A stretch of DNA of 33,863 nt from Gaiellales bacterium (GCA_050698235.1 JBOHBE010000202.1:1-33863); one strand, 5' to 3'; positions 24,417-31,868 are shown, numbered from the stretch's first letter. Notes: a model not told the origin generated them from the sequence alone. Program-made: numbers and translations.

Positions 24417-24974
24417 CTACGCGGTAACGCGGCGTGCGCGGTGGGCGCGCATCTTTTCGCGGCTGCCGCAGACCGCCATGCTGCACCATCGGGCGGAGTG
24501 GTTCTTCGACCGGTCGTAGAACGCCCAGCCGCAGTCACTCGCAGGGCATGCCTTGAGCCGTGAGAACGTGCCGTCGGTGACCGCGACGAAGACGATCGCG
24601 ACGATCTGTCCGATGGCTGCGGCGATCGCCTCCTCGGGCTGTGGCTCGAGGGCGGCGGCGCCGTCCTCGCCGAAGCGCACCCGCAGGCCGCCGCGGCCGG
24701 CGCGGTTCAGGCTCCGCAGGTCGTCCGGATCGAGCCCTCCGCCGTTGTTGGCGTGGAGGAGCGCCCGCAGCGCCTCGCGGAACTCGGCCATGCGCGCGAC
24801 GTCGTCGCCGCCCGGGCGCACATCTCCGGGGGCGAGCGACCGCTCGACGAGCCAGACCTTGAGGCCCGCCGGGGAGTCGATCGAATCCGTCCCCGCCTCG
24901 ATGTCGAGCGTGTTCACCAACTCCTGCACGACGAGGAGCGGCCCGGGGGCTTCGCTGATGGTGGATTGCGTCAA
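24417..24974 (-). CDS. CGNR zinc-finger / ABATE-domain putative transcription regulator
   Basis: The C-terminus LKACPASDCGWAFYDRSKNHSARWCSMAVCGSREKMRAHR is a CGNR-type zinc finger. The N-terminal LLVVQELVNTLD fits the ABATE domain. The ORF opens at TTG 25019, but its first 15 codons have poor GC3 (tta, ttt, tat, cat). I therefore prefer TTG 24974, and the start remains uncertain. Confidence 0.8.
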   Translation of the reverse strand: MTQSTISEAPGPLLVVQELVNTLDIEAGTDSIDSPAGLKVWLVERSLAPGDVRPGGDDVARMAEFREALRALLHANNGGGLDPDDLRSLNRAGRGGLRVRFGEDGAAALEPQPEEAIAAAIGQIVAIVFVAVTDGTFSRLKACPASDCGWAFYDRSKNHSARWCSMAVCGSREKMRAHRARRVTA

Positions 24975-25002
24975 GCTGATCCCATGATACCACCTAAATG
25001 CC

Positions 25003-25031
25003 TTGACAGGTAACTGCAACCAGTGTAGGGT
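25003..25031 (+). promoter_or_regulatory. Near-consensus sigma-70/SigA-type promoter: TTGACA, 17-nt spacer, TAGGGT
   Basis: TTGACA at 25003-25008, a 17-nt spacer, and TAGGGT (TAnnnT) at 25026-25031. On the opposite strand a TACACT box (complement of 25022-27) overlaps it and faces the CGNR gene. Confidence 0.45.
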
Positions 25032-25033
25032 TC

Positions 25034-25624
25034 ATGACGGTAACAAGGATGCGAACTGAAACGACACCCAAGGGCACGCCCGCCCCCGCCGAAGCAGCCG
25101 AGGATCTTCCGCGCGCCCGTGCGGCCCGCGGCGTCCTCGTGCGCCAGGCGATTGCGATGGCCGGGCTCATGGTCCTCGCCGCCGTGGTGGGGATCGCGTG
25201 GCTGGCCATCCCGGCGGCGCTGGCGACGGTCGCGCTGGCCGCAGGCGCGGTGCTCCTCGAGCTGCGCGCCCGCCGAGACGCCGACGTGATCCTGCACTCG
25301 GCGCCCTTCACCGCCACCGCCGGAGACGCCGAGACCACGGCCGTGCTCCAGCGCCGCGCCGCAGCCCTCACCGCGCCGAAACATCTGTGCGCGCTGGCGG
25401 CCGCCGTACGGGGATATGCCCACGGCCGGCGCCATCTGCTCGTGCCGCAGCCGCCCGTGGCCCGCCTCCTGGCGAGGCACGTCGACTCGGCCGACCGGAT
25501 CGCCGCCGCGCTCGATCGCGACTCGGCCGATGCGCGCGCCGTCGTCGAGCTGACGTGGCTGCTCTCCGATCCTGAGCCCTCCGAGGATCGCCTCCTGCGC
25601 GTCGAGCGGCTGCTCGCGGCCTGA
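25034..25624 (+). CDS. Hypothetical membrane protein (two adjacent TM helices)
   Basis: 196 aa from ATG 25034. The promoter geometry predicts a transcription start near 25038, which would favour the in-frame ATG 25049. The predicted TM segments are AIAMAGLMVLAAVVGIAWLAIPAALATVALAAGAVLL. GC3 is high after the first ~10 codons. I recognise no family. Confidence 0.55.
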   Translation: MTVTRMRTETTPKGTPAPAEAAEDLPRARAARGVLVRQAIAMAGLMVLAAVVGIAWLAIPAALATVALAAGAVLLELRARRDADVILHSAPFTATAGDAETTAVLQRRAAALTAPKHLCALAAAVRGYAHGRRHLLVPQPPVARLLARHVDSADRIAAALDRDSADARAVVELTWLLSDPEPSEDRLLRVERLLAA

Positions 25625-25628
25625 TCGC

Positions 25629-26891
25629 TCAGGCGTGAGCGGGCGCGGCCTGGGTCACCGTCGCCGCGATCGTCTCGGCGACGATCCCGATCTCCTCCTC
25701 GGAGATCACGTACGGCGGTGAGAGCTGGAGCGCGCGGCCCGCAAGGCCGCGGGTCAGCACTCCGCTCTGGCGGCAGCCGGTCACGATCCGCTCGACCAGA
25801 CCCGGATCGGCGGCGCGCGCGTCGGGATCGATCTCCACGGCGGCCAGGAGGCCTAGTCCGGCCCGAACCTCGCTGACGAGCGGCAGCTCGGTGAGCGGCT
25901 CCATGGCCCGCGCCAGGACCGACTCCATCTCGGCGACCCTGTCGACCAGCTCCTCCCGCTCGATCAGGTCGAGGTTGGCCAGGCCGGCGGCGCAGGCCGC
26001 GGGGTGGCCCGAGTACGTGAAGCCGTGGCGGAAGATCGCGCGGCCGGGCTCGGTCCAGAACGGCTCCTGGATCCGCGACGAGATGACGACCGCGCCCAGC
26101 GGGAGGTAGCCCGACGTGATCGCCTTTGCGCACGTGATCATGTCCGGCGCGATGCCGAGGCGCTGGCATCCGAACCAGCGGCCAAGCCGGCCGAAGCCCG
26201 TGACCACCTCGTCGGCGATCAGGAGCACCTCGTGCTTCTGGCACAGCTCCTGGACGGCCGCCCAGTAGCCCTCGGGCGGATGCAGGATGCCGCCGGCGCC
26301 GATGACCGGCTCGCCGATGAAGGCCGCGATCTCGCCCGCGCGCTCCTCGAACAGCGCGCCCAGGGCGGCGGGGTCGTCGTATGGCACGCTGGCCACGTCG
26401 GCGATCAGCGTGCCGAATCCCTCGCGGTTGGTCGCGATCCCCGCCAGGCTCGTGCCGTAGGCGTTCATGCCGTGATAGCTGTGCTGGCGGTGGACGATCA
26501 GCCGCTTGTCGGGCTGCCCGAGCGCGTGCCAGTAGCGGCGGGCGAGCTTCGCGGCCGTGTCGACCGCGTCGGAGCCGCCCGAGCCGAAGAACACCGCCGC
26601 GTCGGGGAACGGCGCGAGCGCCGAGACGCGATCGGCCAGCTCGAGCGCCGGCCGGTTGGCGAGGCGGTCGAACGTGTCGAACGCCGCCAGCTCGCGCATC
26701 TGCGCCGCGGCAGCGTCGGCGATCTCGGTGCGCCCGTGCCCGACGGCCGCGTACCAGAGGCCGGCACGGGCGTCGACGTACTCGCGGCCCTCGGCGTCCC
26801 ACACGCGGGCTCCGCGCCCGCGGACGATCACCACTTCGTCGTCCTTCACGGCGGCCATGTCCGCGAACGGGTGCCACATGTGCGTGCTCAC
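25629..26891 (-). CDS. Class III (omega-) aminotransferase, PLP-dependent (putrescine/beta-alanine:pyruvate transaminase-like)
   Basis: GTG start at 26891 overlaps the upstream stop (GTGA at 26888-26891). 420 aa. The sequence includes GLWYAAVGHGR, FFGSGGSDAVDTA, FIGEPVIGAGGI, LLIADEVVTGFGRLG and the PLP-Lys context DMITCAKAITSGYLPLG. Confidence 0.92.
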   Translation of the reverse strand: MSTHMWHPFADMAAVKDDEVVIVRGRGARVWDAEGREYVDARAGLWYAAVGHGRTEIADAAAAQMRELAAFDTFDRLANRPALELADRVSALAPFPDAAVFFGSGGSDAVDTAAKLARRYWHALGQPDKRLIVHRQHSYHGMNAYGTSLAGIATNREGFGTLIADVASVPYDDPAALGALFEERAGEIAAFIGEPVIGAGGILHPPEGYWAAVQELCQKHEVLLIADEVVTGFGRLGRWFGCQRLGIAPDMITCAKAITSGYLPLGAVVISSRIQEPFWTEPGRAIFRHGFTYSGHPAACAAGLANLDLIEREELVDRVAEMESVLARAMEPLTELPLVSEVRAGLGLLAAVEIDPDARAADPGLVERIVTGCRQSGVLTRGLAGRALQLSPPYVISEEEIGIVAETIAATVTQAAPAHA

Positions 26892-27598
26892 CTGGCCGAC
26901 GATACCAGCCCATCGAAGACCGGGGCACCATGCCCGTCGTGCTCGGCGTCGGGGTGCCAGAGAACGCCGATGCAGAAGTTCCGGTCAGGGTGCTCGATCG
27001 CCTCGATTACGCCGTCCTCGGCGCGGGCCGAGACGACGAGGCCGGCGCCGACTCCGTCGATCCCCTGGTGGTGGTGCGAATGCACCGTGAGCCGATCGCC
27101 GATGAGCCGCGCCGCGAGCGATCCGGGGACAGTCGTCACCTCGTGGATCCCGAACTCGGCGTCCGAGAGGCGGTGCGGGCTGACGTCGATCGAGTCGGCC
27201 AGGTGCTGGTCGAGCGTGCCGCCCAGCGCGACGTTCAGCACCTGGATGCCGCGACAGATTCCGAGCAGCGGGACGTCGCGCTCGACGGCCCGGCGGACGA
27301 GCGCGAGCTCGACCGCGTCGCGGCGCGGGCTGAGCGCGCCGATCGCCGCGTGCGGCTCCTGGCCATAGTGGGTCGGGTCGATGTCGTTCCCGCCCACGAC
27401 GAGCAGGGCGTCGACGATGTCGAGCACGTCGTCGGGCTCGTCGATCCACGTCGTGTCCGCGGGGAGCACGACCGGCCGCCCGCCCGCCACCCGCACGCCC
27501 TCCACGTAGCCCTGCGAGACGAGCACGGCGTCGCATGACCAGTGCGACATCGCCGCCTCGGTCCAGTAGCTCGTGATGCCGATCGTCGGGCGGCTCAC
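26888..27598 (-). CDS. Gamma-glutamyl-gamma-aminobutyrate hydrolase-like class I glutamine amidotransferase (PuuD / peptidase C26 family)
   Basis: GTG start at 27598 overlaps the upstream stop (GTGA at 27595-27598). The sequence includes PTIGITSY, LLVVGGNDIDP, the nucleophile context PLLGICRGIQVLNVALGGTL, HSHHHQGI and GVLWHPD. The supplied 443-aa ORF extends upstream into the preceding gene. Confidence 0.88.
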   Translation of the reverse strand: MSRPTIGITSYWTEAAMSHWSCDAVLVSQGYVEGVRVAGGRPVVLPADTTWIDEPDDVLDIVDALLVVGGNDIDPTHYGQEPHAAIGALSPRRDAVELALVRRAVERDVPLLGICRGIQVLNVALGGTLDQHLADSIDVSPHRLSDAEFGIHEVTTVPGSLAARLIGDRLTVHSHHHQGIDGVGAGLVVSARAEDGVIEAIEHPDRNFCIGVLWHPDAEHDGHGAPVFDGLVSSAR

Positions 27599-28929
27599 AG
27601 GCGGGCCGCCGCGGTGTGGGCCGCCTCGACGGCCGCGTCGATGTCGGCGTCGGTGTGCGCCGTCGAGACGATCATGTGCAGGAGGAGGGCCGGGCTGGCG
27701 TAGACGCCGAGGCCGAAGAGCTCGTGGACGAACCGCCGGTAGATGACCGGGTCGGCGTGGGTGCAGAAGTCGCGCATGTCGTGGATCGCCTCGGTCTCCT
27801 CGTGGCCGGCGCGGAGCGGCAGCACCTGGAGCATCGGCCCGACGCCCTGCACGACGGCGGCGATGGAGGCGGCGGCGAACGCGTCGGCGAGGCCCTGTGC
27901 CAGCCGCTCCCCGCGGCGCGTCATCGCGTTCCCGGCCGCGCCGCCGTCCTCGGTGAGCATGTCGAGGCTCTCGGCCGTCACCGACAGGGCGAGGTTGGGC
28001 GCGTTCTGGGTGCCGTAGTGCAGGACGCGGCCGCCGGCGAGGACGTCCATGACGTCGGCCGGGCCGGTGAGAGCGGCGAGCGGGAGCCCTGCGCCCAGCG
28101 CCTTCCCGAAGGTGGCCAGGTCGCCCGTGACGCCGTAGAGGGCCTGACAGCCGCCCGGATGGAGCCGAAAGCCGGTCACCGTCTCGTCGACGATCAGCAT
28201 CGCGCCGTGCTCGTCGCACAGGCGGCGCATCTCATCGAGGTAGCCGGGGCGCGGCGGGATGACGCCCATGTTGGCCATCACCGGCTCGGTGATGACCGCC
28301 GCCACTCGCCCCTCGTGCCGGGCGAGGCAGTCCGCGAGGAGCGCGGCGTCGTTCCACGCGCAGACGACCGTGTCGGCCACGGAGCCATCGTTCAGGCCCT
28401 CGGAGTCGAGCACCCGGGGAGGGTCGGCCGGGTCGCCGAGCGTGCCGGGATCGCGCGGATGGGAGCTCACGAGGAACGCGTCGTACCACCCGTGGTAGTG
28501 GCCCTCGAACTTGACGACCAGCGGACGCCCGGTCAGCGCCCGGGCGATCCTGATCGCCGCCATCGTGGCCTCGGTCCCGGTGTTGGCGAACCGCACCCGC
28601 TCGGCGCCCGGGACGAGGGCCGAGATCCGCTCGGCGACCTCGGCCTCGATCTCGGATGCCGTCGCGAAGAGCGTGCCGCGCCTGAAGGCCCGCTCGCCGG
28701 CGGCGACGAGCCGTGGATGGGCGTGCCCGTGAAGCAGCGCGCCGTAGGCCATCATCAGGTCGACGTACTCGTTGCCGTCGGCATCCGTGATCCGGCCGCC
28801 GGCGCCGGAGGCCATGAAGATCGGGACGTCGTAGTTGACGGCCCCGCGGGACGGCGACGACACCCCTTCGACGAGCGTCTCCCGCGCGCGATCGTAGAGG
28901 GCGCGGGAGCGGTCGAGCGTGAATGCCAC
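27595..28929 (-). CDS. Class III aminotransferase, glutamate-1-semialdehyde 2,1-aminomutase-like
   Basis: GTG start at 28929, 444 aa. The sequence includes LVEGVSSPSR, DADGNEYVDLMMAYGALLHGHAHP, RFANTGTEATMAAIRIARALTGR, KFEGHYHGW, LIVDETVTGFR and the Lys context TFGKALGAGLPLAAL. Confidence 0.9.
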   Translation of the reverse strand: MAFTLDRSRALYDRARETLVEGVSSPSRGAVNYDVPIFMASGAGGRITDADGNEYVDLMMAYGALLHGHAHPRLVAAGERAFRRGTLFATASEIEAEVAERISALVPGAERVRFANTGTEATMAAIRIARALTGRPLVVKFEGHYHGWYDAFLVSSHPRDPGTLGDPADPPRVLDSEGLNDGSVADTVVCAWNDAALLADCLARHEGRVAAVITEPVMANMGVIPPRPGYLDEMRRLCDEHGAMLIVDETVTGFRLHPGGCQALYGVTGDLATFGKALGAGLPLAALTGPADVMDVLAGGRVLHYGTQNAPNLALSVTAESLDMLTEDGGAAGNAMTRRGERLAQGLADAFAAASIAAVVQGVGPMLQVLPLRAGHEETEAIHDMRDFCTHADPVIYRRFVHELFGLGVYASPALLLHMIVSTAHTDADIDAAVEAAHTAAARL

Positions 28930-28936
28930 GACTGAT

Positions 28937-28943
28937 TACAGTA
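28937..28943. promoter_or_regulatory. Overlapping face-to-face -10-like boxes in a 19-nt divergent gap (TACAGT on +, TACTGT on -)
   Basis: On the plus strand, TACAGT at 28937-28942 is followed by 6 nt and then ATG 28949. On the minus strand, TACTGT (complement of 28938-28943) is followed by 8 nt and then GTG 28929. There is no room for Shine-Dalgarno sequences, so both genes would be leaderless. Confidence 0.3.
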
Positions 28944-28948
28944 GCGGG

Positions 28949-29965
28949 ATGGACGGCGTGACGGCGATGGTTGTCGGCCCGGGCAACCTGGGCGCGATGC
29001 TGGCGGAGGCGCTGGCGCTCGAGCCTGCCGTCGGACGGCTGGTGGTGGCGGGGAGGCGCCGTGAGCGGTGCGAGGCCGTCGCGGGCCAAGCGCGCCTCAT
29101 CGCGTCGATCCACGGCCGCCGGCCCGAGGTCGTCGCGTCGGCCCCGGACTGGAGCGGCGACGGCGTCGACCTCGCGGTGCTGGCGCCGACGCTCCAGTCG
29201 TGGTGGGTGCTGAACGAGCTCCCGGAGGCTGCCCGAGCGCCCCTGCGTGAGCTCGGCCTCGCCGCCTGGCTGCCGTTTCCGCTCGCCCCGGTGATCGAGG
29301 TGATGGAGCAGCTCGGCGGCGACCCGTTCTCGGTCATCGTGTCGTTTCCCGACCTCACGGGGCCGGTGCTGCGCGGGATGGGGCACAACATCGGGTGCGG
29401 CCTCGGGAACGTCTCCGAGGTGGCGGCGAAGTTCCCGCGGCCCGTGCGGCTCGTCGCCCACCACTCGCTTGGCCCGCACGCCTTCGGGAGCTACGGCTCG
29501 TTCGGCGGCGAGCTTCCGCCGTACCTCGTCGACATGCCGAAGGACGAGGCCGACGCCGTGATCCGCGCCCCGTGGCCGCTCCACACCGATCGCGATATGA
29601 ACCGCGTGACGGCCGCTGCAGCCGCCCGGCTCTTCACCGCGCTTCTCGGCGACGAGATGGCGCCCGACCACGTACCGGCGCCGGCCGGCCTCCCGGGCGG
29701 CTATCCCGTCCTCGCCGGCGGCATGCGGGTCGAGCTCGACCTGCGGTGGCCGGTCGAGGAGGCGATCGCCGTCAACGAGGCCGGCGGCCGGTTCGACGGC
29801 GTCGAGCGGATCGACGGCGACGGCACCGTCACGCTCACCGCGCAGACGGCTGACACGCTCCGGCGCGTGCTGGGCTACGACGTGCCGGTGCTGCGCCCGT
29901 CAGAGGCCGCCGGGGCGGCCGCGGAGCTGAAGCGATGCTTCGAGCGCCACGCGGCCGCCCCGTAG
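28949..29965 (+). CDS. Hypothetical protein with N-terminal Rossmann-like dinucleotide-binding motif (family not recognised)
   Basis: I chose ATG 28949 (MDGVTAMVVGPGNLGAMLAEAL, a GxGxxG motif). The alternative GTG 28919 would overlap the divergent gene, and its first codons have poor GC3. GC3 is high across the 338 aa. It has no TM segments. Confidence 0.6.
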   Translation: MDGVTAMVVGPGNLGAMLAEALALEPAVGRLVVAGRRRERCEAVAGQARLIASIHGRRPEVVASAPDWSGDGVDLAVLAPTLQSWWVLNELPEAARAPLRELGLAAWLPFPLAPVIEVMEQLGGDPFSVIVSFPDLTGPVLRGMGHNIGCGLGNVSEVAAKFPRPVRLVAHHSLGPHAFGSYGSFGGELPPYLVDMPKDEADAVIRAPWPLHTDRDMNRVTAAAAARLFTALLGDEMAPDHVPAPAGLPGGYPVLAGGMRVELDLRWPVEEAIAVNEAGGRFDGVERIDGDGTVTLTAQTADTLRRVLGYDVPVLRPSEAAGAAAELKRCFERHAAAP

Positions 29966-29974
29966 GCCGGGTCC

Positions 29975-31519
29975 CTAGTCGCCTGCCGCCGGTTCCAGCC
30001 CGCTCTCGAACGGGATGTCGACGGTCTTCGCGCGCACGGGGGCCGCGAGGATGTAGCCGATCACGCCGAACACGAGGACGATCGCGAGCGCCCCGAGCGT
30101 GAACACCTCGAACCGCAGGCGGGTCACGCCGTAGCTGTCCATCACGCTGTAGCTGTGGCCGGTGACCTCCTCGAGGGTGCCCGGGAAGATCGCCACCCAC
30201 GAGCCCAGAAGCATCCAGGCCGTGGTGATCGTCGCGCACACCCACATGAGGCCGTTCCCCGACGCGCCCAGCCGGTATGGCCGGTGCACGGAGCCGTGGC
30301 TCAGGCGGAGCTTGATGCCCGCCGGGAAGATCAGCAGGTACGAGAGCAGCGTCGTCGAGGTGGCGAGGTACAGCACCACCGTGAACGAGCTCGCCGCGCT
30401 GGCGCTCCCGGAGAGCAGGTACACCGCGGCGACCATGAAGATCGTCGAGACGATGCCCGACATCACGTTCACGCGCACGGGCGTTCCCAGGCGGGGATGG
30501 AACCGGCCGAAGTAGCCCGGGAATGCGCCGTCATACGCGGCGACGGCCAGGATCCGGTCGGAGCCCATCATCCACACGCTGCCCGACGTGACGAGCGCGA
30601 AGATGAAGCCCAGCGCCATCAGGTCGGTCATGAAGTCCTGGGCACCGCCGTAGACGCCGAACGTCGTGTGGACGGCATCGAGGAAGCCGCCGATGCCGGT
30701 GATCTGGCTCGTCGGCAGCACGGCGAGGATCCCGAAGATCGGGATGGAGTAGGCCAGCACCGTCACGATCCCGCTCTGGACCACGGTCACGGGCACGTCT
30801 CGTTGCGGGTTCTGCATCTCCTCTGCGGCTCCGTTCTGCAGCTCGAAGCCGACGTAGTTGAAGAGCAGCAGCGGGACAAGTCCGAGGAAGATCAGCATGT
30901 CGTTCGGAACGAAGTCGCCGGCGCCGAACCCATGCACGCCGTGCTCGATCGCATAGATGAGGACCGTGATCGAGAAGAACCCGAGCACGCCCACGCGCAC
31001 GATGGCGCCCACGTTGGGGATCCACTTGCCCCGACGCAGCGAGGCGATCGCAACGCCGATGGAGATCCAGATGAAGACGAACTTGAACGTGATGTTCCCG
31101 ATGGTGAACCCGGACCCGATCGTGTGCAGGTTCGCGCTCCACGCGTCGGTCGCGATGAACGCCAGCGAGCCGCCGACCCAGAACGGGTTGGTGACCCAGT
31201 ACAGCACTGAGCCGATGCCCGCCCAGAACCGGCCCCAGCACATCTTCATCCACTCGTACGGGCCACCCTCCTGGGTGAACGTCGTGCCGAGCTCAGCCAT
31301 GAGGAGCGCGTACGGAAGCACGAAGACGACCGCCAAGATGACCACCCACGCGAAGGTCTGGGCACCGAACCCGGACACCTGGCCCAGCGTGTCGAGGCCG
31401 ACCAGCGCGCAGATCGTGAAGAAGAGCATGTCGAACCTGCGAAGCGACTTCTGGAGATGCCCCTTCTCCTCCAGGGCCATCGCCGTGGTGTGCTCAACCA
31501 CGGGTTCCGATGAAGACAT
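29975..31519 (-). CDS. APC-superfamily amino acid/polyamine/organocation permease
   Basis: ATG 31519 is preceded by the RBS GGGAGGA (complement of 31524-31530). 514 aa with about 12 hydrophobic segments. The sequence reads LFFTICALVGLDTLGQVSGFGAQTF...LMAELGTTFTQEGGPYEWM...WVTNPFWVGG. The longer ORF to 31627 adds low-GC3 sequence. Confidence 0.9.
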   Translation of the reverse strand: MSSSEPVVEHTTAMALEEKGHLQKSLRRFDMLFFTICALVGLDTLGQVSGFGAQTFAWVVILAVVFVLPYALLMAELGTTFTQEGGPYEWMKMCWGRFWAGIGSVLYWVTNPFWVGGSLAFIATDAWSANLHTIGSGFTIGNITFKFVFIWISIGVAIASLRRGKWIPNVGAIVRVGVLGFFSITVLIYAIEHGVHGFGAGDFVPNDMLIFLGLVPLLLFNYVGFELQNGAAEEMQNPQRDVPVTVVQSGIVTVLAYSIPIFGILAVLPTSQITGIGGFLDAVHTTFGVYGGAQDFMTDLMALGFIFALVTSGSVWMMGSDRILAVAAYDGAFPGYFGRFHPRLGTPVRVNVMSGIVSTIFMVAAVYLLSGSASAASSFTVVLYLATSTTLLSYLLIFPAGIKLRLSHGSVHRPYRLGASGNGLMWVCATITTAWMLLGSWVAIFPGTLEEVTGHSYSVMDSYGVTRLRFEVFTLGALAIVLVFGVIGYILAAPVRAKTVDIPFESGLEPAAGD

Positions 31520-31610
31520 CCGTTCCTCCCAATGAGAATGCCCACCCTGGCCGGACCGCCAGGGCGCTGTATGACACCTGGAGTTTGGCGCAAAACCCCC
31601 AGAAAAGCTA

Positions 31611-31625
31611 GATGATTCATTCCAC
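31611..31625. repeat. Left arm of a 15-nt inverted repeat (GATGATTCATTCCAC)
   Basis: Its reverse complement GTGGAATGAATCATC matches 31854-31868 (GTGGAATCAATCATC) at 14 of 15 positions. The arm is AT-rich in a GC-rich background. Confidence 0.85.
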
Positions 31626-31715
31626 ATCCCCGCGAGCCTGGACGTACGTCTGTGGTGGATTGGCGTCCGGTGGCGGGCTGCGGCTGCGAATCGTCGCCTC
31701 GCGGCGTCCTCGGTC

Positions 31716-31743
31716 GCGTCGATATTTCGGTCAATATCGACGC
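31716..31743. repeat. Perfect 11-bp inverted repeat with 6-nt spacer (GCGTCGATATT-tcggtc-AATATCGACGC); operator or hairpin
   Basis: Read directly from the sequence. The AT-rich core sits in the intergenic region between the SDR stop and the permease start. Confidence 0.85.
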
Positions 31744-31780
31744 TCCCTGCGTCCTTGCGCGGCTCGATTCTCGCCCGTTC

Positions 31781-31804
31781 GCGACCTGCGGAGTAGCAGG
31801 TCGC
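31781..31804 (-). terminator. Hairpin (9-bp stem gcgacctgc/gcaggtcgc, 6-nt loop) downstream of the SDR gene
   Basis: Read directly from the sequence. There is no U-tract, so it is only a terminator/processing candidate. Confidence 0.3.
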
Positions 31805-31814
31805 TCACGACCGC

Positions 31815-31835
31815 CGCAAGCCGGCACGGCTTGCG
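31815..31835 (-). terminator. Hairpin (8-9-bp stem gcaagccg/cggcttgc, 3-nt loop) 25 nt downstream of the SDR stop
   Basis: Read directly from the sequence. It is GC-rich with no U-tract. Confidence 0.3.
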
Positions 31836-31853
31836 ACTGGACGTCACGCGGAC

Positions 31854-31868
31854 GTGGAATCAATCATC
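31854..31868. repeat. Right arm of the 15-nt inverted repeat (GTGGAATCAATCATC), overlapping the SDR stop codon
   Basis: It pairs with 31611-31625. The SDR stop TGA (complement of 31860-31862) and the last three codons (R-D-D) lie inside the arm. Confidence 0.85.

Noticed and set aside
24988-24997. A shared 10-mer TACCACCTAA at 24988-24997 and 33222-33231 as a common regulatory motif.
   Set aside because: Many exact 10-mer coincidences are expected by chance within about 34 kb on two strands. The flanks do not match, and only the second copy is part of a palindrome.
31520-31860. A riboswitch (for example the c-di-AMP/ydaO type or an amino-acid-sensing type) in the 340-nt region upstream of the APC permease.
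   Set aside because: Isolated fragments such as cgcggggatg and gaatgaatc are reminiscent, but I cannot assemble any known consensus fold from the sequence by eye. It needs an Rfam covariance-model scan, so it is reported only as an unusual structured spacer.
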